A stretch of DNA of 64,000 bases from Naegleria gruberi (lineage: Eukaryota). The first letter of the stretch is position 1. Each line of letters opens with the position of its first letter. Position numbers and translations under genes: made by a program. Where the stretch lies: the NCBI GenBank assembly GCA_000004985.1, contig GG738901.1; one strand, given 5' to 3'. Under the pieces are notes generated by a model. The model did not search any database. It had not been told where the DNA came from and saw nothing but the letters and a program-made list of their open reading frames with translations. Positions 11,324 through 22,430 of the stretch are shown here, in pieces.

Positions 11324-11377
11324 CTTATTGATTTGTTTTTTTGATTTTGTTGTTGAGTTGGTGTGAAATGTATTGGA

Positions 11378-11722
11378 TCACATGTTAAATAGGAAATTGT
11401 TAGTCGTTTCTTGATAATGAACGATCAAGGGGTGGTTAATAATTGGGTTGAAATTATTGGATTGGATGGAATTAACCGTGACTAAGTTGTGTAGCACATT
11501 AAAAACGTCCTTAATGAGGTGGAATTGTAAAGTGGTGAAAATCTGATCAGGTTTGGATGATACTAGAAATAGACTTGTTGGTTTATGTGAATTCAAACAG
11601 AGGCTTGATATCATTGTTGAGCTTTCGACAGAGGTTGCTCTTACCATCTTCAATAGTAAATCACGTTCTATGAAGTACAATGTCATATCTGAAATTATTT
11701 GACCACCTACAGAACTATCCAT
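11378..11722 (-). CDS. hypothetical protein, 114 aa, weak
   Basis: ATG ORF between two minus-strand genes. No domain; it could be non-coding. Confidence 0.25.
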   Translation of the reverse strand: MDSSVGGQIISDMTLYFIERDLLLKMVRATSVESSTMISSLCLNSHKPTSLFLVSSKPDQIFTTLQFHLIKDVFNVLHNLVTVNSIQSNNFNPIINHPLIVHYQETTNNFLFNM

Positions 11723-11763
11723 GAAGTAGCATGGCTAACTGATGAATTAATAGAGAAAAATAT

Positions 11764-12972
11764 TTACACTTTTAAAGTCTTGATATTGGAGAGTAATGCA
11801 ATTCCTTCCTCAGTAAGATTGGCTTCCTCCAGATCAAGCTCAATAAGAGTGGGAATGCTGGCGAGATGTTTTGCCCCTTCGTCACCAATGTTAGACGAGG
11901 CTAGTCCGAGAGATAGCCCATATTTTGTGTTTGGCATGATGTAATTGCCTGATAATGAAAGAATTCTCAAAAATTTCATACCACTCAAAGGTTTTACGTC
12001 CTTAATATGATTTCCACTCAATTTCAGACAATTTAGGGTTTCCAATTTTGAAATTTCATCGAGAGATGATATCCTATTTACATCCAATATCAAACTAGTC
12101 AGATTTTTCAACTTGCTAATATTTCTAATATGATTATCGAAAATATAATTTCTTGTGAGGTCTAGATGAGTTAAGTGTGGTAAAGAATCAATCAAATGTG
12201 AAGTTCCTCCTTCTATTGTATCGTATGTGATTGTAAGGGAATGCAAATTCGTCAATTTACATAATTTTCTTGCTCCCGATTCAGTGATACCACCAAATGA
12301 AATTTCCAAGTTGGTAAGACTTATCAATTTAGAAATGCACTCAGCACCCACCATTCCTATTATATGTTTTGAAATTTTTAATGTTGTTAAATTGCTACCG
12401 AACTTGGAAAGGAGCTGTATTTGATTGGTATCATAATGACATGGAGTATTCGATATAAATGCAACTTCTCTCAAATTGTTGAATAATGTCAGCTCATCCA
12501 AATGTCTGAATTTTCCTCTCTTAAATAATATTTTAGATAGTTTGGGCAATGTTTCCAATACTGAAATATTTCTAATAGATCCTGTCAACTCTAATAATTC
12601 CAAATTGTGTAAACTTTTTAACCATTCTGCATCAATTCGTTCCATTCCAAAAATTCTCAACTCTTTCAAATTCTTAAATCCAGCAAAATATTCATCATTA
12701 AAATACCTCAAATAGGTGTTCTCCATTCTCATGATCAACTCTTGCAAATTACAATACTTGTTCAATACCTTCACTTGGCCAATCTCGTAAGAAAAAGTTA
12801 ATGTCATTGGCGTTTTCAACACTGCTCGATACCACTCTCCACAAACCAATTCACAAACTCTCACCACAAACCAAGAGGGAAGGAACCTAAAAACGTGATG
12901 CTCCAATATTTCGGGAGGAAGAAAAAAACGAGAGACAAAATTCTCCCTCTCCTTTCTCAGAGTTCTCCTCAT
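11764..12972 (-). CDS. F-box / leucine-rich-repeat protein, 402 aa
   Basis: ATG at 12972. N-terminal F-box-like LPPEILEHHVFRFLPSWFVVRVCELVCGEWYRAV, followed by more than 10 LxxLxLxxN-type LRRs. Confidence 0.75.
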   Translation of the reverse strand: MRRTLRKERENFVSRFFLPPEILEHHVFRFLPSWFVVRVCELVCGEWYRAVLKTPMTLTFSYEIGQVKVLNKYCNLQELIMRMENTYLRYFNDEYFAGFKNLKELRIFGMERIDAEWLKSLHNLELLELTGSIRNISVLETLPKLSKILFKRGKFRHLDELTLFNNLREVAFISNTPCHYDTNQIQLLSKFGSNLTTLKISKHIIGMVGAECISKLISLTNLEISFGGITESGARKLCKLTNLHSLTITYDTIEGGTSHLIDSLPHLTHLDLTRNYIFDNHIRNISKLKNLTSLILDVNRISSLDEISKLETLNCLKLSGNHIKDVKPLSGMKFLRILSLSGNYIMPNTKYGLSLGLASSNIGDEGAKHLASIPTLIELDLEEANLTEEGIALLSNIKTLKV

Positions 12973-13139
12973 TATTGATCATTTTTTTCAAATATTATTT
13001 AAAATCAATAGAAAATAGAACCAATCAAAACAATTGATTGTTGTGTTCTACAATGCAAGTTGAAACAACCATATAGGAGAGGACATTAAAATGTGCTATC
13101 AGACCTTAGTTACTACTAAGAATTAAAAGTTTAAAAAAA

Positions 13140-14528
13140 ATGATTGAAAAGCCAACACTTAATGTTGTCTTCGTGGGACATGTTGATGCTGGAAAATCGA
13201 CACTGGCAGGGAGATTGTTGAATGCTCTCGGGACAATTAATAATGGAATTATTGATAGGCTTAGGAATGAATCCACGAGAGCGGGAATGGCATCGTTCCT
13301 TTATGCTAATGTGTTGAGTAGAACAAAGGATGAAATAAAGATAGGAAGAACCATTCAAATAGCCCACAGTAGAGCGGAAACTAAGCATTATTATTTGAAT
13401 ATTATTGATGCTCCAGGTAAATTTAACAGATTTAATTTTAATAATTATTCGAAATTTAATTATTGATGATCAAACTTTAATATTTAAATTTTGAATTGAT
13501 AAATAGTTGGATCTTTTATGAAAAGTTTGATTAGAGGAATATCACAAGCTGGAGTTGCCATAATAGTCTTGGATGCTGAAACTGGAGCATTTGAAGCTGG
13601 AATTCAATCAGTTAGACAGACATTAATTATGACAAAAAGTATGGGAGTGATTCAATTGATATTTTGTGTCAACAAGATGGATAGCAGGTTTTTTAATCAT
13701 TCAAAAGATAGGTTTGCAGAAATTAAAGATGAAATTACTAGAATAGCAAAGAGAGCTGGGTATATAGCAGAACCTTTATTCATTCCAGTTTCAGCTTGGA
13801 ATGGATGGAATATATTGGAGCCAGCAGACAAGTTCAGTTGGTTTAAAGGGCCTACACTTCTTGATGCTATTAATGCACTAAAACCACCAACCTATCATTC
13901 TGAAAAGCCTTTGAGAATACCTATTTTGGAGGTTTATAATTTGGAAGGTGTAGGAACTGTAGTTTTTGGAAAAATTGAATCAGGAACTTTAAAATTGGAT
14001 ACTAAACTGAGATTCACAAATGGAAAAAAGAAAATTACTGATGGAACTGTTGGCTCAATAGAGATTTTTAGAAAATCTGTCACTGAGGCAAAAGCTGGAG
14101 AAATGGTGTCAATCAAACTAGAAAATGTAAATTATCAAGATTTGAAAGCAGGTATTATAATATCAGATGCTGAAAATAATCCTGCTCGAGAGGTTGTTTC
14201 TTTTGAGGGTGAGATTGTAATTGTGAAATGCCCTGGTGTTATTAAGCCATCATACAAACCTACCTTCCATTGCTATACATTACAAACAAGATGTAAATTT
14301 AAACAGCTTTTAGAAACTTCCAAGATGCCTGATAGGTCTGAAAAGGAGGAAAATCCAACAGAGCTTAGAACAGGAAGGTTTGCAGTAGTTCTATTCGAAC
14401 CAGATCATCCTTTCTATATTGAGCCATTTGAAACTTTCCCTCCATTTGGAAGGTTTGTAATTAGAGATAATGGACATGTAACATGTGTTGGAATTGTTAA
14501 AAAGGTCAATTACGAGACAGAAAATTGA
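13140..14528 (+). CDS. divergent eEF1A/Hbs1/eRF3-family translational GTPase paralog; join(13140..13416,13507..14528), with an alternative acceptor at 13537
   Basis: G1 GHVDAGKST and ...NIIDAPG, then a GTAAAT donor at 13417. A downstream NKMD, and domains II/III (PLRIPILEVYNLEGVGTVVFGKIESG ... GRFVIRDNGHVTCVGIV). The His and the switch-II segment after DAPG are absent in either splice model. Confidence 0.7.
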
Positions 14529-14737
14529 AAGTACTAACTGCTTATTCAAACAAAATGAAACGCTTGATCCTACCACTTGTTTTTATTGATATTTTTGTTT
14601 TCTAATTTGAAAATACGAAACAAGATTCAGGAATGAATGATCATCTGTTGAAACACTATTGAAAATGGAAAACTATGGAGATTGCAAATTAGTTCACACA
14701 ATATCTTCTAATATTGAAACATTTCAACAAGAAAAAA

Positions 14738-16205
14738 ATGTTCAAACAAGCCAAACCATTAATTGTGCGTTGTGGAAAATCAGCAGCCCAATATAAAAAC
14801 TTTCATACATGTCTCTTCGGAAGAAATTCTTCTTCATCCACAGCTGTGGATCATCACAATTTTGAAGGAATGGAGGATCGGACAGCAAATTTAGCTGAAC
14901 AATTATTGCAAGGAAGTAGAGTTGCACTGAGTAAGTCGATTACTATGGTAGAATCCAAGCTGGTTAAACATCACGTTCAGGCTAGATATTTATTGGCTTA
15001 TCTATCAAAATTGAGACCAGCCAGTGAATTGAAACAATCATTTAGAGTGGGAATTTCGGGTAGGTATTTAAATCATCTGCTTCTTTTAGGATTTAAAATT
15101 AATAATTTAATTACTATTGAATATTATAAAATATTATAATGAAAAGGACCACCTGGAGCTGGTAAATCAACAATGATTGAAGGTTAGTTTGGATAATAAT
15201 AATATTAATCAATTTTGATTGACTGAATAATATGTTAATAGTATGTTTTTGAATATAAATTGATTTGTTTAGGAAAATAATATCAAAATAGGCTCTTGGA
15301 AAACATTTAATTAAAGAACGAGGTGAAAATGTTGCTGTTCTTGCAGTAGATCCAAGCAGCAGTAGAACAGGAGGAAGTATTTTAGGAGATAAAACAAGAA
15401 TGATTGAATTATCGAGAATGGAGGAAGCATTCATTAGACCATCACCATCCATGGGATTTTTGGGAGGTGTAACAGCTAATATGTATGAGATTATTAATTT
15501 ATGTGAATATGCTGGATATGATAATATTCTTGTGGAGACTGTTGGTGTTGGTCAATCTGAAATTCTTGTGGCAGATTTAACTGATATGGTTGTTCTGGTT
15601 GTGCCACCAGGTATGTAATTGTTTGAATTTACTGTGTTTTAATAATTGTGACATTGTGTGAAAAGCTGGAGGGTAAGTTTTTCAATTATTATTAGGATTA
15701 TTAAATATTCCTCAGTGATGAATTACAAGGTATGAAGAGAGGTATTGTGGAAGTAGCCGATTTGGTAGTTGTAAATAAGGCAGATGGTGATTTGGTTTTC
15801 ATTGCAAGAAGAGCCAGGGGTGAATATAGAAGTGCATTGCACTACATGAGACCTAAATATCCTGGAATTTACTATCCAGAAGTAATGTTATGCTCATCCA
15901 GAAGAGAAAATCCAATGGAAGACACCAAATATCCAATTTCTGGAGTTTGGGAGAAGGCCATCAATTATCGAACTGTCATGTTAGAACATGGACTTATTGA
16001 ACAAAAGAGACAAGAACAAAGAAAGACCTGGATGTGGAAACAAGTCAATGAAGAATTAATTACCAGACTCCTTCAAACAGATGAAAACACAAGCTTGTTC
16101 ATTAATAATGTACAAGATAGAGTTGAAAAGGGAGAAATGTCTCCTCGTATTGCTGCTGATGTCATTCTGCAAAAGTTTTTGAAAAACAACAAAGATTCTC
16201 ACTAA
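14738..16205 (+). CDS. MeaB/ArgK-type G3E GTPase (methylmalonyl-CoA mutase chaperone, MMAA-like), about 390 aa; exons about 14738..15059, 15147..15181/2, 15292..15610, (15666..15672), 15716..16205
   Basis: Conserved blocks across exons: [28 protein letters not shown]|[60 protein letters not shown] and [26 protein letters not shown]. The N-terminal [12 protein letters not shown] looks like a mitochondrial presequence. The exon 2/3 junction is non-canonical as read, and a 7-nt micro-exon is possible. Confidence 0.8.
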
Positions 16206-17053
16206 AGTTATTTACAATCTAGTATGTTTAATAATTCTGGTGGTGCTGTTAATGATTATTAAGGATATTCAGTGGATAAAATACGAAACGATTACAACCT
16301 CAATTGACCGAGCTATTCCTTTTACCGACTTAACAACCGAAAATCATAATACAATCAATTTGAGCGCATTAGGATGTCCACTCAATCGATTACTTCTCTT
16401 CCTTCTCCTCGTTCGTAAGATCATTCAATAGTAATACGAAAGCCTAAATGTGCGACTCACTCGTACGAAACTAAAAGGAGGACAAACTCTCAATAGTCGT
16501 AGTTGTCTTGTTTTCTAACTGTTTGTTGTGGATTTAATAAGAACCTGATTCCTCATTATTACAACAAGAAGATTTGGCGACGCAACAAATAATTGTTTGT
16601 CCAAAGCGTGCAAATTGTCAAAACTTTTTGAAAAAAACAAAACCATTCAAATCAGTGCTTGCTTGGTCTGCTACTATTTTGGGTATTCACCAAGAATTCT
16701 TTACTTTGCAATACAGTACAATACAAGTGAAACTCGAAATACCAAACAGAGAACAAATAAGAACATCTTCCATATTAATCAATTGTTCTGACCAATTTCA
16801 TTACTTTACTGCAGTCAGCATTCAATAATAATTTATCATCTCCTCTGAAACAAAAGAGAATATATTAAACAAAACAATAACAAATTATTGCATGCCGTTA
16901 ATAAGAGGAGAAACAACAAGTGAATTTCCCTGAATCATCTAAAACACACATCAATTAGAATCCAATTACCTCAATCAAAAGGAAGTCCACTCTCTTATTG
17001 TGAGTCCGCTCATCAAGACCATTCATATCTTCTAGATTCTTGTGCTACATGCA

Positions 17054-18659
17054 ATGAAATCCGACACTGAAATGGACCCTTTTCCTCAACAACAACAAGA
17101 ATTGAAAATCTTGTCTCCTCAAAGGAAGCTTCACCAACAACACAAGACAACAACAGAAACATCAACAAACAATCATGACCAGCAAATTGTTCTTGTTGAT
17201 AAGCAAGATAAAACCAACGTTAAAAATGGCAAAGAAAAATCAAAAAGAAAAGGCGCCAATCATCACAGTACACTACCAACAATAGTTGCTTCAGACGGAT
17301 TAATAGTAACTACAAGAACATCTTCGGTAGTTGTAAAAGATAATAGTAATACGGCTACGAAGGTTGTAATTCCACCATTGGATTTGCAAATTGTTACAGA
17401 GAAGAAAAAGAAGATAATAACCAATTTGAAGAATAGTCATCATCAACAACAACAACAGACTGCCATCATGTCTGACGATAATAATAATCTAAAAGATGAA
17501 ACAGCAAGTCCTGTTCTCGCTGTTCAAATATCAAAAAGCCTTGTAAATAATAACAATAATAATCTGATGAAGACTACATTTAGTAATATAATTGATCAGT
17601 CATCGTCGTCAGTAGTTAGGAGTGGAAGTGTGAGTAGTGGATTGGACAATGAGGATAATATGAATGAACAACAATATGAATCACCTGCTAGCACTCCGAG
17701 AATGTTTTCACCTTCATCTACTTTGAATTTTAATGCAATGTCCCCGAGAGAGTTTCCACTGGATAGTCCACATCAATTGCCTGGACAGTATAAGCAACCT
17801 CTTCCACAGAGTGTTGATATTCCAGCAGTGCAGCCACCTACCATTGAAATTACGCAACAACACAATGTTTCAGAACATGAAACAGCTGTGGATTTATCAT
17901 CTGTTGAAACTCATGAAACTCATGATAGCGAACACACTAAAACAGTAGCTCTTTCAACAAGTAGCAGTGTAAATAATTCATCTCCAGCTATTACTGATAT
18001 TGGAAATCATGAGGATAAACGTCACTCAACAAGATCTAGGTCAAATAGCACAAAAAGCTCACAATTCAATAGACCTTTGGAAAGAGCTCATACAGCTCCA
18101 AACATTATTACAAAGAAACAACCCGAGAAACATCATTCAAAGACTAGCTCACGATTTTCAAACAAGTATGGCCAATCAGAGTACAAGACATTTATTAAAC
18201 GTACACTTAAATTGAAAGAGGTTGGTGATATGAGAGTAAGAGGAATTTCATTGAAATATGAAACAAATTATCATGAATTCCTAGAAGAAGCTGTAAGTAC
18301 TTTATTATGAAATGAATGAATTAACGTTTTCAAAGATTCCACACAAGACATTTGTTACTGAAATGAATCTTCTAAACCAATTTTTGAAGAGCAATGAACC
18401 AGGTACCAAGTACTGTTGTCTTGGATTCACATTCTTTTGTTGTACTCTTGGATTATCAATGCTGCCTTTTGCCTATCAGCTTTCACATTTTGAAACTGTA
18501 GTAAGAAAATATTTGGATGAGTTAAACAAAAAGTATGCCAGTGTTCACGTAAGCTGGAAATTGGTTCCATCTACAACACCAAGTGATGACTCTTACATTG
18601 TTGTTTCTTTGGAAAAGGAAATTGATCCAAAAGATTTGGAAAAATTGGAAATCTCCTAA
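17054..18659 (+). CDS. Ser/Thr/Asn-rich low-complexity protein with a C-terminal GOLGA7/Erf4-like domain (palmitoyltransferase-complex subunit family); join(17054..18292,18336..18659), about 520 aa
   Basis: The first ATG is at 17054. A GTAAGT donor at 18293 and an acceptor ...TTTTCAAAG at 18335 join in frame. The C-terminal exon has a CCLGFTFFCC cysteine cluster followed by YLDELNKKYASVHVSWKL, matching the Erf4/GOLGA7 pattern. Two abutting genes remain an alternative. Confidence 0.55.
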
Positions 18660-18835
18660 ATTTCAAATTCTTAATGTTCAGTTTCAAAAGAACATTACAG
18701 AACTGGTTGATAGATCAATTGCTGTTGTCATCTTTCCACGAATGAAAATCTAGACATTACCTAATTGAAATCTTTCTCAGAGATTGAACGGACATAGTCT
18801 AGACCAATTGAAATAAAACAAGAACTTTACTTAAA

Positions 18836-20407
18836 TTAGTTGTCCAACAAGTAATAACTACTGCTAGATGAATTGGATGTTTCATGTTCATGACTATTTG
18901 TGGTTACTGATAGCTCCTGTTTAATTTCTTCAATTTTCCCATTAGCATCATTGGTTTGCTTTTTGAAAATCTTAAAGTCCTCATAATCAAAATCAAATAT
19001 TACAATCCTACAAAAAAGAATGCAATAAAGAACATCTGTTAATATTTGAGTGTATGCTAGGAATACTCTGTCATTAACCAGCTTTGCAAATACTCCATTC
19101 AGATCAATAAAAGAAATTACCAATACGAAAAGTATGGAAAAGTTAGAGAGCTTGATAAACGGAACAGTATTCGAAACAATGTCAGACAGCTTTTTCAATA
19201 CAGAATTCACTCTACGTGAAGTAATAATAAACATGGATAGGCATAATACCTCACTCAACCACGAAATCGCAACATAGGTATAGAGAAAATATTGATCTCC
19301 AATTAATAATGGAATGGCAACTGTCACAAAGCATACGAACAAGACAGCAATGAAGAATAAAATCACAGCAATGATATATACCTTCTTAATGGAATAGTTG
19401 TTTGGCTTCCCCTGTTGATTCTGATTAATCAGAGTGGCCATTCCATACCATCTCATTACAATTGGGAATAATGAATAAAACTGCATCAATTGTGCCATCA
19501 TGAGAAACGTAGTCGCTACTGCAAAACTAGGTGTGAAATAAAGGGAATAATTGACAATGTAACATAGGGAAGAGAAAGTTAGAGCAAGTGAGGGAATTAG
19601 TCTAAGGATTGTGAATCCTGGTACCTTTTTGAAATAATTGACTGATTTTGGGATGAGTAGCAAAGAGATTGTCACAATGAATAACAGAGAAAAAACAATC
19701 AGGCCTCCAAAATCCAATGACTCTTTAAGAATATTCTCCCATCCATGTTTTACACATTCAAATTCAAAACGATTATGTTTCTCGCAATAGCAAACTATTG
19801 CATAACTGTCCATTAATGGACCAACTACAAGAGGAATTCCTATATTTACCGTTCCACAATATCTAATATCATTTGGAATGGATTCAATAATGTCCACAAT
19901 CCTAGTTCGAGAATCTATTAGTTTCGTATTGTTACAAGAATGTCCAAGACGAAGTTGATGATACTTTTCAAATCCATTCGCATTTCTACAATATTGACAA
20001 TAATTAATCCAATCATATATCGAGGTCTTGTTATCCCAAACTCCAGACCCCGAATCAATACATAAATCCGAACAATTAAAATTCATTTCATTTTCTAATA
20101 TCTTATTAGAAGCACATAAATTCCTCGAGCTATCATATCTTAACTCATTGATTTGAAAGGTGTCTCCTACTGTCAAGTGTGAATAATATTTTGCACCTTG
20201 TGGGACTGTAATTGATTCGCATGCAATAGGAGAGGGTATTCGAATAGGTTTGTAGATATTAAAATGTGTTGATTTTAGTTGAGAAATAAATTGTGTTTGG
20301 GTACAGTTTTTCCACTTTCCAATATTATTAACAACTTGTTGTGTTGTGGGAGTACAAAACCAAAGAAGAACCAAGAGGTAAACAATCCTCCTGACTAGTG
20401 GTGACAT
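18836..20407 (-). CDS. 7-transmembrane receptor-like protein with signal peptide and about 200-aa Cys-rich ectodomain, 523 aa
   Basis: ATG at 20407. Signal peptide MSPLVRRIVYLLVLLWFCTPTT, a Cys-rich N-terminal domain, seven hydrophobic helices between about residues 229 and 470, and a cytoplasmic acidic/Ser-rich tail. Confidence 0.65.
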   Translation of the reverse strand: MSPLVRRIVYLLVLLWFCTPTTQQVVNNIGKWKNCTQTQFISQLKSTHFNIYKPIRIPSPIACESITVPQGAKYYSHLTVGDTFQINELRYDSSRNLCASNKILENEMNFNCSDLCIDSGSGVWDNKTSIYDWINYCQYCRNANGFEKYHQLRLGHSCNNTKLIDSRTRIVDIIESIPNDIRYCGTVNIGIPLVVGPLMDSYAIVCYCEKHNRFEFECVKHGWENILKESLDFGGLIVFSLLFIVTISLLLIPKSVNYFKKVPGFTILRLIPSLALTFSSLCYIVNYSLYFTPSFAVATTFLMMAQLMQFYSLFPIVMRWYGMATLINQNQQGKPNNYSIKKVYIIAVILFFIAVLFVCFVTVAIPLLIGDQYFLYTYVAISWLSEVLCLSMFIITSRRVNSVLKKLSDIVSNTVPFIKLSNFSILFVLVISFIDLNGVFAKLVNDRVFLAYTQILTDVLYCILFCRIVIFDFDYEDFKIFKKQTNDANGKIEEIKQELSVTTNSHEHETSNSSSSSYYLLDN

Positions 20408-21193
20408 TTTTTAGATAATGGTCAACTGGAATGTGTTAATTACAAAGTTTGTGATATGGAATGTTTAATCCAAACGCGAACCTCTACAGATAGTTGACAA
20501 TCCCAAACCAAAATATCACAATTTTTTACCTTCCGTTCCTGGTCATCACATTCCCATCTCGTTAATTTAATCACAACAAAACGACATGCATGCAAATAAG
20601 CAACGTATTACTTCCATTTCTGAATTAAATCTATTCCTTGATTGTAATAAGAGGAAGATTAAATTTCCTTCGAGGAAGGTGTCAACGAGCATTAAATTTC
20701 ATCATAAATTTCATTACAGCATTAGCGACACATTATCTTGATTATTAAAGCCTTGCTCATCATCTACTTTTCAATCAAACAACATTAGCCCAAAACCCAT
20801 CACGAATATTTTTTTCAAATTTTAAAAAAAAACAACGAATTGACCGCCAATTTGTAAACAACCGTAGATTTGAAAATTTTAGGTCATTTGCCGGCAATTA
20901 CAACATTATCATCATCATCTTTATTTTGTCGTTATAATATACACTCAATAAGAGAGAATAGAGTAGTTGAGAGCTGTGGAGGAAACTTTTTTTTGGAAAA
21001 TTCTTCGCTTTATACAACCACAGAAGAAACTTTGAACAAAATTTCATCACGTGTTATTGCCATCATCATCATCATTATTTGCTGAGAGTACTTTCGTATT
21101 AATTAATAGTAGATTTATTGAAGTTCTCTCTCTATTCGAAATATCATTAGAATTTGATATTGTATTATAAAAAAAAATCATCAACATATTAGA

Positions 21194-22411
21194 ATGGCAT
21201 GCTTTGGAAAGAAGGAATCTTCTTCATCGTCATCGAAAAAGTCGTCCCATGTCGTAAAGACACCACCAAAGAAAATATTATTGTTGGGAGCTGGTGATTC
21301 AGGAAAAAGTAAGTTTTCTATTATTCGAAAGCGTTGTTTACCAATCCACATATTATCATTTATCGGATGAACAACATAGGTACTATTTTCAAACAATTGC
21401 AAAGAATTTATAATAATGGTTTTCCTGAGGAAGAAAGAATTCTAAAGAAGAATATTATTTATGAAAATGTGTTGCGTAACATGATGAGTTTAATTAAAGC
21501 AACGCATACCTTTCAAATACCTATTCAAAATGAAGATAATAGAGAAAGGTAAGTTTTAATGGTGTGGACCCAATTTTAATATTATTCGAATAGAGCTCTT
21601 AAAATTGACCAACTTTCATCAAAGGTTTTATTGTCTATTGAACGAGTTTGGAGTTCGGAACTAGGTCAAGAAATAAAAGCTCTGTGGGAAGATCCAGGAG
21701 TGCAAGAAACATTCAAGAAGAAGAGTTCATTCCAAATTGAAGATTCTGCCCAGTACTATTTCGATAACTTAGATAGAATTTGCCAAAATGATTATATACC
21801 GACCGAAGAGGATATTGTCAGAGCTAGAATGAAAACAACGGGCTTAATTGAACAAAAATTCCATTCCCATGAGACAGATTTTGTAATGATTGATGTGGGT
21901 GGTCAAAGAAACGGTATGTTTTTCAAATCAGTATATTCTAAAATTCCCTATTATTAATTCAGAGAGAAAGAAGTGGATTCACCATTTTGAAGGTGTGGAC
22001 GTTGTTTTATTTGTGACAAGTATGAGTGAATTTGATCAAAAATGTTACGAAGACGATCAAACTAACAGAATGAAGGAGTCTTTACAATTATTTGAGGATC
22101 ATATCAATTCTAGATGGTTTACTGGAGCTCAAGTTTACTTGCTCTTCAACAAGTATGATTTATTTGAACAAAAAATTAATACCGGTGTCAAACTTTCTGA
22201 CACATTTGAAACTTATTCAGGCGAAAAGGATGTTACTCTTGCCAGAAACTTTATCATTAATATGTTTACATCAAAAGATATTAACTCTAAATTAGTGAAT
22301 GTGAGCTGTGTTACAGCTCTTGATATTACAGAGCTCGGAAAACAAATCGATTCGATAGTGAAATCCATCATTACTAGATGCAATCCACAAATGTCACAAT
22401 CACTAAACTAA
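21194..22411 (+). CDS. heterotrimeric G protein alpha subunit; join(21194..21308,21380..21548,21624..21913,21963..22411), 340 aa
   Basis: G1 LLLGAGDSGKST is split by a GTAAGT intron. Other conserved blocks are TIFKQLQRIY, RMKTTGLIEQKF, DVGGQRNERKKWIHHFEGV and a TCAT-like SCVTALD. The NKxD motif reads LLFNKYD (Tyr in place of the usual Lys), and the N-terminus is MACFGKK with no Gly2. Confidence 0.85.
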
Positions 22412-22430
22412 CAAGTATTAAAAATCCCAT

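Noticed and set aside
11172-11366. Plus-strand 64-aa ORF
   Set aside because: Its composition looks random (His/Leu/Pro-rich, non-ATG start) and it overlaps the better-supported minus-strand Cys-rich ORF 11165..11323.
13131-13388. Small antisense or alternative-frame ORFs overlapping confirmed genes (e.g. 13131..13388, 13934..14116, 461..922, 3916..4509, 5530..5739, 8984..9271, 12227..12715, 19050..19277, 23080..23334, 25309..25638, 29271..29616, 30080..30659, 33823..34487, 35825..36144, 46950..47985, 50692..50883, 53055..53258, 54197..55105, 57122..57561, 58839..60047, 62414..62611, 63482..63769)
   Set aside because: Each lies inside or antisense to a longer ORF that has clear homology support; none has domain or codon-usage support of its own.
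16240-16828. Three short ORFs in the 840-bp spacer between the MeaB-like gene and the next gene
   Set aside because: They have non-ATG or weak starts, overlap each other and show no domain; this is more likely promoter/UTR sequence.
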